Positions 9,085-18,052 of a stretch of 64,000 nt of DNA are shown here, in pieces. The DNA is from Chloroflexota bacterium (GTDB taxonomy: Bacteria > Chloroflexota > UBA11872). Under the pieces are notes generated by a model. The model searched no databases. It saw only the letters and a list, made by a program, of their open reading frames with translations, and was not told the DNA's origin. Position numbers and translations under genes: made by a program. The stretch covers positions 320,682 through 384,681 of the forward strand of contig JAJECS010000024.1 of NCBI GenBank assembly GCA_022821905.1. Reading direction: 5' to 3'. Within the stretch, counting starts at the first letter, position 1; the number at the start of each line of letters is the position of its first letter.

Positions 9085-9513
9085 TCACGGCGTAGCGTCG
9101 ACTAGGCTGCGGAGCGCAACTGCCACCGCCTCGCCCACGGTCGGTCGATAGACACTTGAGAGATGCGAGCGGCTCATCCCCATCTCGCGACCGATGGCAG
9201 CGATGGATTGGCCGCCGGCGTAGCGCTCGAGGAACCGGCGTTCGCGTGGGGACAGGGCGGGAAGCGAGACGTCTACAGCGCGCAGCAAGAGCTCCTGCAG
9301 CGCGAGCACGCAGCCATGTGGGTTGTTTGGATGTCGCCGCTTGGCGAAGCGGAGCACACCGGGCAGTTTGACCAGAGGGGATCGACGCAGCCGCATGGGA
9401 CGATCGAGGTCCCTCAGACACGTATCCACAAGGCGCGTCCACTCCGCCAGCGATCGACGACCCGGCTGGGCGGCCCCACGACGCCCGACTACTGCTGTAG
9501 GCATAGCGTCCAC
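9085..9513 (-). CDS. HTH DNA-binding protein (LuxR/GerE or sigma-70 region-4 type)
   Basis: The C-terminal HTH is LSPRERRFLERYAGGQSIAAIGREMGMSRSHLSSVYR. It is located next to the integrase. Confidence 0.4.
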   Translation of the reverse strand: MDAMPTAVVGRRGAAQPGRRSLAEWTRLVDTCLRDLDRPMRLRRSPLVKLPGVLRFAKRRHPNNPHGCVLALQELLLRAVDVSLPALSPRERRFLERYAGGQSIAAIGREMGMSRSHLSSVYRPTVGEAVAVALRSLVDATP

Positions 9514-9639
9514 GATCAGGCCTCGCCAACTCGCGGGGAATACAGGAATCCGTAATCCGGGCCGCCTTCACGCCGGCGGGTCACCGCATCCCGTGCCAGC
9601 CGGCCATCGGCAAACGGCTGTCTCGCGCAAATGGTCGGC

Positions 9640-10737
9640 CTACGTGGCGATTTCGATGAGGTCGCCGTTGTCCGTGCGCAGGACGAGTTGTCCGCCCTTG
9701 ACGGCGACGATTCGCGCGCTCGCGGCGCGCCGTCCCGACCGGGCCGCCCGGCGAAACGTCCGCCCGTTCGGCAGCCGATCCAGGGGCGAGTGCGCCCGGT
9801 GGCGGCTGACCACGTCAGACGAGGCGAGATGCAGATAGTGGTTCACCATCATCAGCGTCGTGTGGCCCAGGATCCGCTGCAGCGTCAGCACGTCGCCGCC
9901 GGCTCGGAGGTAGGTCACCCCGAACGTGTGGCGAAAGCGATGCGGGTGGATGTTCGCCAGATCGGCTCGCTCCGCCAGCCGCTTGAGCACGCGCCCGAGG
10001 GTGTAGCGCGTCAACGGCCGGCGCTGGCGCGTCAGAAACACCCGGTCCGCGGCCGGGTCCGGGTCGTCCGGCCACGGGCGCGCGAGCTGCAGGTACCGAT
10101 CCACCATCGACCGGGCGCGCTGGCCCAGCGCCACCGTGCGGTCGCGGGCACCCTTGCCTCCGCGCACGCGCACCTCGCCCGAGGCCAGGTCGAGATCCGC
10201 CACGCGCAGGCGGCAGAGCTCCGAGGAGCGCAGGCCGGTATCGAGCAGCACGCTCAGGATGGCCAGGTCGCGCAGGCCCAGCGGCGAGCGCGGATCGCAC
10301 GCGTCCAGCAGGCGCTGCTGGTCGTCCGCCGCGATGGGCTCGACCTCGCGCGTCGGCAGCCGCCCCGGTCGAAACGTCCCCAGGGGATGGGCGTCCACGT
10401 ACCCCGCCTCGGCGAGCCAGCCGGCGAACGCCCGCAGCACGCGGCAGTAGCCGTTGACGGTGTGGGCGGCCCGGCGCTCGCCCTCGTGTCCCGGCTTGCG
10501 CCGCGGGCGTGCCATCGGCGCGGTGCGCAGATGGCGCTGCCAGCGACGGGCCAGCTCCAGCGTCAGGGCGCCGACATCGCTCGCCGCCACGCTATCGGCG
10601 TAGTGCGCGAAGCGGCGCAACACGGCGCGTTTCCAGCCCAGCGTGGCGCGCGACTGGCCCTCGGCCTCGCAGGCCGCCAGGTACTCCGCGATGGCCTCGG
10701 GGAGCGGCGCGCTGGTCCCGATCGGCATGTCTCCCAT
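9640..10737 (-). CDS. int: tyrosine recombinase/integrase (phage integrase family)
   Basis: The catalytic region contains LDTGLRSSEL...HPHRFRHTFGVTYL...ILGHTTLMMVNHYLHL (R...HxxR...Y). The likely start is the ATG at 10735-10737 (MGDMPIG...); the longer track ORF extending to 10989 would run into the tRNA. Confidence 0.75.
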   Translation of the reverse strand: MGDMPIGTSAPLPEAIAEYLAACEAEGQSRATLGWKRAVLRRFAHYADSVAASDVGALTLELARRWQRHLRTAPMARPRRKPGHEGERRAAHTVNGYCRVLRAFAGWLAEAGYVDAHPLGTFRPGRLPTREVEPIAADDQQRLLDACDPRSPLGLRDLAILSVLLDTGLRSSELCRLRVADLDLASGEVRVRGGKGARDRTVALGQRARSMVDRYLQLARPWPDDPDPAADRVFLTRQRRPLTRYTLGRVLKRLAERADLANIHPHRFRHTFGVTYLRAGGDVLTLQRILGHTTLMMVNHYLHLASSDVVSRHRAHSPLDRLPNGRTFRRAARSGRRAASARIVAVKGGQLVLRTDNGDLIEIAT

Positions 10738-10962
10738 GATCCTGCCTCCAGCGTCGGCGGAGCGGTCAAGCGTCCGCCGACCGTTGGCCGGACGTCGGAA
10801 AGCGCAGGGGAGCGTTTGGCAAGCGTTCGATTTCGTGGGTGAGGCTAGTGCCCTTGGTCCCAACCTCGAAAAAGCTAGTGACCCTTCGCGCGCCTCACCG
10901 TGGCGGCGGTCGCTGCCGCCGCCACGCCGCTCCATCAGGTTTGACGGAGCCGCTGTCGAGGG

Positions 10963-11046
10963 TGCCGAGGGCGGGACTCGAACCCGCACAGCCCGGAGGC
11001 CACTAGCCCCTCAAGCTAGCGCGTCTACCAATTCCGCCACCTCGGC
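10963..11046 (-). tRNA. tRNA-Leu (anticodon GAG), class II with a long variable arm
   Basis: The reverse complement folds as GCCGAGG acceptor / GCGG D-stem / CTAGC-TTGAGGG-GCTAG anticodon arm / long V-arm / GCGGGTTCGAGTCCCGC T-arm / CCTCGGC-A. It is near-identical in architecture to E. coli tRNA-Leu. No CCA is encoded. Confidence 0.85.
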
Positions 11047-11151
11047 CGGGCGCCCGATTATAGGCGTGGCAGGCCATCGCTGTCCGACGCGACGTTTGGC
11101 GCCTGCGGATGGCGTACGCTGGACACAATCGGACCATCGCGAGGGACATTT

Positions 11152-11592
11152 ATGTCAAGCTCACCGCACGTCGCATGGCTGCGCCTCTCTCCAACCTCCG
11201 GACAAAACGTCGGCGTCAGCAGCCTTAGCTTCGTGGCCGATTTGGGCATCGAGGGCGACCGCCACGCCAAACCGGATTCGCGCAATCAGGTGCTGCTCAT
11301 GGACACCGAAACTCTCGACGTGCTGGAGCTTGGCCCCGGCGATATCCGCGAGAACGTCGCCACCACCGGCATCGACCTGGCATCGTTGAACGAGGGCGAT
11401 CGTGTGCGCATCGGGGCCGAGGTGGAGGTGGTGATCTCCCACCCGTGCGAGCCGTGCTACAAGATGGACATTCTCCGTCCGGGGCTCCAGGAGGAGATCA
11501 GGGGACGACGGGGCATGCTGGCCACCGTCAGCGTCGGCGGCGTGGCCATCGCCGGCGATCCAATCTCCCTGACCACCGCGGCGGAGGCCTGA
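11152..11592 (+). CDS. MOSC domain-containing protein
   Basis: Small β-barrel MOSC-like sequence with a GDRH motif (LGIEGDRHAKP). The C-terminal half matches YiiM/MOSC-type proteins. Confidence 0.5.
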   Translation: MSSSPHVAWLRLSPTSGQNVGVSSLSFVADLGIEGDRHAKPDSRNQVLLMDTETLDVLELGPGDIRENVATTGIDLASLNEGDRVRIGAEVEVVISHPCEPCYKMDILRPGLQEEIRGRRGMLATVSVGGVAIAGDPISLTTAAEA

Positions 11593-11642
11593 AAGCTCGT
11601 CGAAAGTCCAGACGCCGGAGCCACGCGCTTCTCGGAGGTCGC

Positions 11643-12173
11643 ATGAATCTCTACATCCTGCGGCATGGCAAGGCCGAGGCCTTTGGCTCAACCTATCCCC
11701 GGGATGCCCTCCGCCCGCTCAGTCCGCGGGGCTGGCGACGAACCGAGCAGTCCACCAGGGGCATGGCCGCGGCCAACGTCGTCGTCGACACCATCATCTC
11801 CAGCCCACTCCTGCGCGCCCGACAGACTGCCGAGATTGTGCACCGGGGCCTCGGCGTCACCGCCGATATCGAGTATTCCGACGCGCTCGCCACCGGCGAC
11901 CTCAACGGGATTGTCGACGCGGTGCGCGCCCATGAACGCACCAAGGGCGTCATGCTGGTTGGACACGAGCCGACGCTGACCGAGCTCATTTCGGTATTGG
12001 CGTTCGGCGCGCCGGGCGGGTCGTTTGGTCTGAAGCCAGGCGGGCTCTGCAAGCTCCAGACCTACGCCATCGCTTTGGGGCAGTGCGCCGCGGTGCGGTG
12101 GTTTCTGACACCGAGACAGCTCGTGGGGCTGGGCAGAGGCTCGCGCGGAGACAAACACGGCGCGGCGGCGTAA
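11643..12173 (+). CDS. sixA: histidine phosphatase family protein (SixA-like phosphohistidine phosphatase)
   Basis: The N-terminus reads MNLYILRHGKAE (RHG catalytic motif). It continues with ...SSPLLRARQTAEI...LVGHEP. Confidence 0.6.
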   Translation: MNLYILRHGKAEAFGSTYPRDALRPLSPRGWRRTEQSTRGMAAANVVVDTIISSPLLRARQTAEIVHRGLGVTADIEYSDALATGDLNGIVDAVRAHERTKGVMLVGHEPTLTELISVLAFGAPGGSFGLKPGGLCKLQTYAIALGQCAAVRWFLTPRQLVGLGRGSRGDKHGAAA

Positions 12174-12195
12174 GGCGGCCCACGGACTCCCGCGA

Positions 12196-13443
12196 ATGAG
12201 GCGCCGCCGGTCCCTACGAGCCGAGTACTCATCGGCCCGCGTCCGATCCTGGGGATTCGGCGCGGCTATCGCGGGTGCGGCGTTGGTTCTGCTAGTGGCC
12301 TGCAACGGCGGCTCGTCAGGGGTGATCCGCGTGCCGATCGAGCGCGTCACGGCAGATGTACGGGCGACACCCGTCCCTGTCGCCGAACTCCCCGTCGGCC
12401 GACCCCGACCAACCCCCACGGCCCCGGTGAACCTGCCGCCTCCCACACCCACGGCGACACCGACCGCCACGCCCAGCCCAACGCCGGAGCCCACGGCCAC
12501 GCCCAGCCCCACCCCATCTCCCACGCCCACGGCAACGCCGACGCCCACGCCAAGCCCCACGCCGACGGCCACGCCCACGCCGGCGCCAACGCCCACTCCC
12601 GCGCCGCCCGATCCCGACACCCCGTTCCCGCTCCTCTGGGTCGCCTACCAGGTCGACATCGGCCGCAATCTCGAGATCTACGTCATCGCCACCGACGGCA
12701 CCGGCCTGCGCCGGCTAACCATCAATCCCGCCGACGACGCGCAGCCCGCGTGGTCGCCCGATGGATCGACCATCGCCTTCGCCAGCAACCGCGACGGCGA
12801 GTTCCGCATCTGGCTGATGAGCTCACTTGGCCGCGACATTCGCCCACTCACGCAGGGTCCCGGCGACTCCCGGCCCTCCTGGTCGCCCGACGGATCGACC
12901 ATCGCCTTCCAGTCCCAGCGCCGCGGCAGCCCCGACATATGGATCGTGGACGTCGAGACCGGCGAGGAGACGCAGGTCGTCGGCAGCGGCCGCGCCGAGA
13001 ACTCACCGTCCTTCTCACCTGATGGCAGCCGCATCGTCTACAGCGCCGATCGCTTCGGCCAGTTCGACCTTTTCACCGTCGCCGTGGACGGCAGCGACGT
13101 ACAGCGCCTGACCGACGCCGCCGGCGCCGACCTCGAACCGCGCTGGTCGCCAGACGGCACGCGCGTCGCCTTTGCCACCATCCGCGAGCGCCAGCCGCAT
13201 GTGGCCATCGTGAACGCCGACGGCACGGGCACGATCGTGCTGCCGCTGTCGGAGTTCAGGTACACGCTGGGCGATCGCGCCCCGGTCTGGACGCCGGACG
13301 GCCGCGCCCTGGTCTATGTGACGGCTGATGGCGACTCGTCTAATCTGGCCGTGATGTGGGTCGATGGTTCGGGGCGGACATTGTTTGTCTTTCGCTTTGG
13401 TGACGACTCGGCACCCTCGCTCGGTCCCGCCGTAGCGCCATGA
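12196..13443 (+). CDS. TolB-like PD40 β-propeller lipoprotein with Pro/Thr-rich linker
   Basis: It has a signal/lipobox-like N-terminus (LLVACNG). A long (TPxP)n linker follows. WSPDGSTIAF/WSPDGTRVAF PD40 blades are repeated. Confidence 0.55.
   Translation: MRRRRSLRAEYSSARVRSWGFGAAIAGAALVLLVACNGGSSGVIRVPIERVTADVRATPVPVAELPVGRPRPTPTAPVNLPPPTPTATPTATPSPTPEPTATPSPTPSPTPTATPTPTPSPTPTATPTPAPTPTPAPPDPDTPFPLLWVAYQVDIGRNLEIYVIATDGTGLRRLTINPADDAQPAWSPDGSTIAFASNRDGEFRIWLMSSLGRDIRPLTQGPGDSRPSWSPDGSTIAFQSQRRGSPDIWIVDVETGEETQVVGSGRAENSPSFSPDGSRIVYSADRFGQFDLFTVAVDGSDVQRLTDAAGADLEPRWSPDGTRVAFATIRERQPHVAIVNADGTGTIVLPLSEFRYTLGDRAPVWTPDGRALVYVTADGDSSNLAVMWVDGSGRTLFVFRFGDDSAPSLGPAVAP
12400..12610 (+). repeat. 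coding low-complexity tandem repeat (Pro-Thr-Ala linker)
   Basis: Imperfect 'acgcccac(g)gcc/ccaacgccg' units encode PTPTATPTPSP. They produce a spurious Gly/Val-rich antisense ORF (11688-12620). Confidence 0.6.
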
Positions 13444-14732
13444 GCCGCGCCGCGGAGATCACCCGCCGCTCCGCGTTCTTCCTGGTTCGCATCAGCCTGT
13501 TCTGGTTTGGGTTGTCGTTCCTCTGGGGCGGCATGAACATCCAGCTGCTGCCGACCCGCGTGCCGGAGCTGGTCGACGACGAGATCAAGGGCACCGCCAT
13601 CGGCGCCATCGTGGTGGTGGGCCTCATCGTGGCCATCCTGGTGCAGCCCATGGCCGGGGCCTTTAGCGACCGGGTGCGCCTGCGCTGGGGTCGACGGCGG
13701 CCGATCATGGCGGCGGGCATCGCCGCGGCCATTCCGTGCCTGCTGTTCGTGGCCTACGCGCCCAACTACGGCCTGCTCTTCGTGGCCATGGTGCTGCTCC
13801 AGATCGCGGCCAACATCGCCCACGGGCCCTACCAGGGCGTGATCCCGGACCAGGTGCCGCGCGAAGCCCGCGGGCGCGCGTCCGGCTTCTTTGGATTGGC
13901 CAATCTCATGGGTACGCTCGTCGGCGCAGGCGTCGCCGGCGCGTGGCTCAGCATGGCCGCCGAGGGCCAGGACCCCAACCCGTTCTTCGCCCCTGCCCTC
14001 ATCACCATCATGGTCGTGCTGGCAGTGTTTTCCGTGGCGGCCTGGTTCGCCGTGCGCGAACAGCGACCGCCCGAGGCGGTTCCATTCGAAGGCGTCCTGC
14101 AAGAGGTTCGCATCCGCCTGCGCGAGCTGACCCAACGCTCGGCCTTCGCGTGGCTCATGCTCTCCCGGCTGCTCTACTTCATGGGCCTGCAGGCCATGGA
14201 CAACTTCATCCAGCTTTTCCTCAAGGGCGACCAGGTCGACGGCGGCCTGGCCGAAAGCGACGCCGAGTTCAAGACCACCATCGTCCTGGCCGCGGTGCTG
14301 TTGACGGCGCTCATCACCACCGTTCCCGCCGGATGGCTGGCCGACCGCTACGGCAAGCTGCGGCTGGTGGCGACGGCGGCGGCGCTGGGTCTCATCGCGG
14401 CCGCCGTACTAATGACCTCGCAGTCGTTCGTGCAGGTCGTGATCTTCGCCGCGGTGCTGGGCGTCGGCGTGGGGCTGTTCACGGCCGCGGACTGGGCCGT
14501 GGCCATCGACCTGATTCCCGACCAGCGCGCGCCCGGCCTCTACATGGGCCTCTCGAACGTCGCCACCGCCGGCGGCGACGGCCTGGCCACGCTCTCCGCC
14601 GGCATCGCCCTCGACCTGTTCGGCTACCGCGCCGTGTTCGCCATGATGGCGGTCTTCTTCGGCCTGAGCCTGGTCGTGCTCCCCGTCGTCCGCGCCCGTC
14701 TGGCGGCCGCGCAGGCGCCGCCGCCTACGTGA
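13440..14732 (+). CDS. MFS transporter
   Basis: 430 aa and highly hydrophobic, with about 12 predicted TM segments. Its start overlaps the upstream stop (ATGA). Confidence 0.55.
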   Translation: MSRAAEITRRSAFFLVRISLFWFGLSFLWGGMNIQLLPTRVPELVDDEIKGTAIGAIVVVGLIVAILVQPMAGAFSDRVRLRWGRRRPIMAAGIAAAIPCLLFVAYAPNYGLLFVAMVLLQIAANIAHGPYQGVIPDQVPREARGRASGFFGLANLMGTLVGAGVAGAWLSMAAEGQDPNPFFAPALITIMVVLAVFSVAAWFAVREQRPPEAVPFEGVLQEVRIRLRELTQRSAFAWLMLSRLLYFMGLQAMDNFIQLFLKGDQVDGGLAESDAEFKTTIVLAAVLLTALITTVPAGWLADRYGKLRLVATAAALGLIAAAVLMTSQSFVQVVIFAAVLGVGVGLFTAADWAVAIDLIPDQRAPGLYMGLSNVATAGGDGLATLSAGIALDLFGYRAVFAMMAVFFGLSLVVLPVVRARLAAAQAPPPT

Positions 14733-14747
14733 TGTAGGGGCGCCCGC

Positions 14748-14775
14748 CTCCGTCATTCCGGCGCACGCCGGAAGG
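14748..14775. repeat. short hairpin repeat (gtcattccggcgcacgccggaa) abutting the IS30 end
   Basis: It is a member of the dispersed 'gtcattcc...ggaatgac' hairpin family seen elsewhere in the window. Confidence 0.4.
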
Positions 14776-15762
14776 TGGATTCACATTTCAAGTGCAACGG
14801 CTGATCCCAGAAAACCTCGGCTGGGGTTTGGTAGCCGAGGCATTTGCGCGGCGTGTTGTTGTAGGCCTGGACGAGCTGGGTGAAGCGGGCCGCGGACAGG
14901 GTCGCCAGGTCGGTTTTGCGGGGCAGAGTGCGCCGCAGGCGCCCGATGGCGTTCTCGATCCCGCCTTTCTGCCAGGGCGCGTGGGGATCGCAGAAGAAGG
15001 TCTGGATGCCGCGGGCGTGGAGCTGGTAATGGCGGGCAAACTCGGTGCCGTTGTCGAAGGTGACGGTCTGGCGCCAGGCCGGCGGCAGGGGGCGAGGAGG
15101 CGGGTGAGGGCCTGGGCGATGGGAGCGGCGGCTTTGCCGGGGGCCCGGACGGCGAGGAGGAGGCGGGAGTGGCGCTCGTGCAGGGTGAGGACGGCCTGGC
15201 GGTGGAAGCGGAAGAGCATGAGGTCGGCCTCCCAATGGCCGGGGGTGAGGCGGTCGGCGGCGGTGGCGGGGCGCTCGACGAGGGGCCGGCGGTGCTGGAT
15301 AAAGGAGACGGGGCTGCGCCCGGAGCGACGGCGGCGGCCGCGGCGGGACTTCGCCTGGGGCAGATAGTGGCGCCAGGCGAAGTCGTTGGTGCGGCGGCGC
15401 TGGGCGTCGATGAAGCGGTAGATGGACTCGTAGGAGATGACGGGGTGGCCGGCGGCGCGGGCGAGGCGCCCGGCCACCTGCTCGGGGGAGCAGCCCTGGG
15501 CGAGGTGGACCAGGACCTGGGTGCGCAGGCCGGAGTCGCGATCGAGGCGGGAGCCGGTCCAGCGGCGGGCGCGGGCCTGCTGCTCGGCATACCGGGGCCA
15601 GTAGCCCTGGGTCCGCGAGCCATTGCGGTTTACCTCTCGAGCAATCGTTGATGGCGCGCGATCCAGACTTGCCGCGATTTGGCGGATGGAGTGACCCGCG
15701 GCTTGTAGGCGGGCAATCTCACACCGGTCTTCAATGGCGAGGTGGGTGTAGGAGCGTGGCAT
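14753..15762 (-). pseudogene. IS30-family transposase, frameshifted
   Basis: The N-terminal ORF (MPRSYTHLAIEDRCEIARLQAAGHSIRQIAASLDRAPSTIAREVNRNG...HWEADLMLF...) loses similarity near 15110. The DDE C-terminus continues in another frame (TVTFDNGTEF...CDPHAPWQKGGIENAIGRLRR...YNNTPRKCLGYQTPAEVF). Confidence 0.65.
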
Positions 15763-15821
15763 GGCAGCACCTTTGCGAGGTGTTGCACTTCGTTTGTGAA
15801 TTTAGGGAATCCAGTCCGCAC
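14753..15821. mobile_element. IS30-family insertion sequence (about 1.05 kb) with imperfect terminal inverted repeats
   Basis: The left IR is gttgcacttcgtttgtgaatttagggaatccag at 15789-15821. The right IR is the reverse complement of 14778-14797 (gttgcacttgaaatgtgaat), matching 16 of 20 positions. The transposase start lies about 27 bp inside the left IR. Confidence 0.65.
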
Positions 15822-15946
15822 CGAATCTGCTCGATCGATAAGCGCGCGCTTCTTCGCCCCAGGCATGGAACGATTCCACCAACCCGCACGTAGTATCCAA
15901 TGGAGCACCTGGCAACCGACACCATCAACGAGCGGGAGGCGGACCC

Positions 15947-17926
15947 GTGAAAGGTCACCGCAGGGCACTACGCGCGGCCGTCGCTCTGCTGGTTGGGCTA
16001 GTCGTCGCGCTCAGCGCGATAGGCTGCGATCCGCCGCCACCTGGCGAGGCGGACGCCACACCCACGCCGGGGGACTCCACGCCCCCACCGGTCAAGCCGG
16101 AGGCGTCCCCAACACGGCCGCCGGTGGAAGTGCACGTCACGCGGCCTCCAGTGGAAATAAACGGCACAGGAACGGTCTGTTCGCCCCAGTGGGACCGGCC
16201 GGAATGGCTGTTCCGGGATTTCGTGCAGTGGACGCCGGACGGATCAACAGTGCTCTTCACGGACGGGCCGTATATCTACGCGGTTGCAGCGGACGGGTCG
16301 CGGCTCTGGAGCGTGGTGGTTCCGAATCCCCCGGAGGGCAAGCAGGCATGGCCGATGGCGCCGTTCACGATCTCGTCTGACAGCGAGCACGTCGTGTTTG
16401 CCACCTGCGACTTCGGCGGGTCTTACGAGTTGGCGCGCGTGCGCCTCGACGGCACCGGGGTTCAGCGGCTGACTCGCAACCTGAGGAGTTTCGATAGCTA
16501 TCCGGCGTGGTCGCCGGATGGTACGCGCATTGCCTTCCTCGCCGCTTACTTCGACGTGGACGGTTCTACGGGCGACTACCCATCGGGCATTCGTCCGCGT
16601 CTTTACACGCGTGCGCCGGATGGCGCGTACCTCACGGAACTTCCGATCGGGCTTGTGGACCGCGAGAGACACTTGGACTTCGTTCCGCCCCGGTGGTCGC
16701 CGGACAGTCAACAGCTGGCATTTGTCAAGCGGGAAGGAGTCACGGCGCTCTATACGGTTGCGGTGGACGGGGGAGCACCGCGGCGGCTGTCGGACGCGGT
16801 GAGCGAGCCATCGTGGTCACCGGACGGGACGCGCCTCGCGTTCGCCAAGCCCGACGGCGATGAGGTGGCCCTCTATACCATCAACGCGGACGGAACTGAC
16901 GCTCAGCGGGTGACGACGATCACCGGCTGGCGCCCGGAGTACGGGGAGCCGAATCCGCGCCGCGCGTGGATCGAAACCGTCGCCTGGTCGCCGGACGGCT
17001 CGAGAATTCTCTACTCATGTGGCGTGATCTGCGTAGTCGATCTGGCCGACGCGGCGACGACTCAAGCGAGCTCGGCCGCGAACACGTCCTCGGCCGAGGA
17101 CGAGGTGCACCAGTTGCCTAAGAACGATGCGGCGGCATATACGACGCGCTTGCCCGCGATCCTCGCGGCCTGGTCACCCGACGGCTCCCGCATCGCATTG
17201 CTCGGCAGCCTCGGAAGTCTCGCTACCGTAGCGCCCGACGGCAGTGACGTGCAGATCCTGGTAGTGCAGGATGCGGAGGGCAGACTCCAGAGCGCAGACG
17301 ACCTGCGACAGGCGGAGATCGCCGCGCGTCAGGCCGAGATTGCGGCGTGCGCCGCGGGGACGGCCGTCCCCAAGCCGGAGGCCAATCCCGATCTGGTCCG
17401 CGACTGCGAGACGCTGCTGCGGGTGCGCGATGAGCTACGCGGAACCGCCGAGCTGTACTGGACCTCCAATCGTCCCCTCGACAAGTGGGAGGGCGTGAAC
17501 GTCAGCGGTTGGCCGCAGCGAATCTTCGACATTTCTCTCAACGGGCGCGACTTGACCGGGGAGATTCCCCCGGAGCTGGGAGAGCTGACGCACCTGCGGC
17601 GGCTGAGTCTTCGTGGAAACAGGCTGGGCGGAGCCATCCCACCCGAGATGGGCCAACTGACACCGCTTGCGCGCCTGGACTTGTCCGGCAACTCGCTCAC
17701 CGGTGGTATTCCTCGCGAGCTGGGCGCGCTTAGCCATCTGGTCGCATTGGATCTGAGCAACAACCAGTTGACGGGTCCAATCCCGCCGGAAGTGAGCCAA
17801 TTGGCCAACCTGGAGATGATCTTCCTGGGAGGCAACGACCTAAGTGGCTGCATCCCACCCACACTATTGGCCGTTCGCCGAAACGATCTGCACACCCTCG
17901 GGCTGCCGCCGTGTGAGCCAGCGTGA
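15947..17926 (+). CDS. lipoprotein with Pro-rich linker, PD40 β-propeller repeats and C-terminal plant-type leucine-rich repeats
   Basis: Lipobox ALSAIGCD is present. WSPDGTRIAF/WSPDGSRI PD40 blades are repeated. The C-terminus has LxxLxLxxNxLxGxIPxxL repeats (LSGNSLTGGIPRELGALSHLVALDLSNNQLTGPIPPEV). Confidence 0.6.
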   Translation: MKGHRRALRAAVALLVGLVVALSAIGCDPPPPGEADATPTPGDSTPPPVKPEASPTRPPVEVHVTRPPVEINGTGTVCSPQWDRPEWLFRDFVQWTPDGSTVLFTDGPYIYAVAADGSRLWSVVVPNPPEGKQAWPMAPFTISSDSEHVVFATCDFGGSYELARVRLDGTGVQRLTRNLRSFDSYPAWSPDGTRIAFLAAYFDVDGSTGDYPSGIRPRLYTRAPDGAYLTELPIGLVDRERHLDFVPPRWSPDSQQLAFVKREGVTALYTVAVDGGAPRRLSDAVSEPSWSPDGTRLAFAKPDGDEVALYTINADGTDAQRVTTITGWRPEYGEPNPRRAWIETVAWSPDGSRILYSCGVICVVDLADAATTQASSAANTSSAEDEVHQLPKNDAAAYTTRLPAILAAWSPDGSRIALLGSLGSLATVAPDGSDVQILVVQDAEGRLQSADDLRQAEIAARQAEIAACAAGTAVPKPEANPDLVRDCETLLRVRDELRGTAELYWTSNRPLDKWEGVNVSGWPQRIFDISLNGRDLTGEIPPELGELTHLRRLSLRGNRLGGAIPPEMGQLTPLARLDLSGNSLTGGIPRELGALSHLVALDLSNNQLTGPIPPEVSQLANLEMIFLGGNDLSGCIPPTLLAVRRNDLHTLGLPPCEPA

Positions 17927-18052
17927 TATGTCTAGTTCGCTGCGACCGGCAGCCCGCGGCCGCAGACATCGTGTGGTAACCAACTAGAGTGAATTCCCGG
18001 TAACCAGCCATTTCAGTGCGGAGCGCGCCATCATTCGACGCGAAGCCGAGAC

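Noticed and set aside
8577-9105. Several 100-170-aa ORFs in the high-GC segment between the transposase remnant and the regulator
   Set aside because: There is no recognisable similarity. They overlap each other in multiple frames and have Arg/Pro-rich composition, so they are likely non-coding.
9631-10842. A 403-aa plus-strand ORF and several other Arg/Ala-rich ORFs (9163-9838, 10136-10739) overlapping the integrase
   Set aside because: They are antisense or out-of-frame to the well-supported tyrosine integrase. Their Arg/Ala-rich composition is typical of spurious ORFs in 70% GC DNA.
10738-10989. An N-terminal extension of the integrase ORF up to 10989
   Set aside because: It would run into the tRNA-Leu gene. 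The internal ATG at 10735-10737 (MGDMPIG) gives a normal-length integrase.
12400-12610. Possible CRISPR-like array suggested by short tandem repeats
   Set aside because: The units are 9-12 bp, imperfect and in-frame coding (a PTPTATP linker). No CRISPR array is present. The same applies to 50850-51060.
11688-12620. A 310-aa minus-strand ORF rich in Gly/Val/Ala (GVGVAVGVG...)
   Set aside because: It is the antisense reading of the Pro/Thr tandem repeat that forms the genuine linker of the plus-strand PD40 lipoprotein. Its composition is not protein-like.
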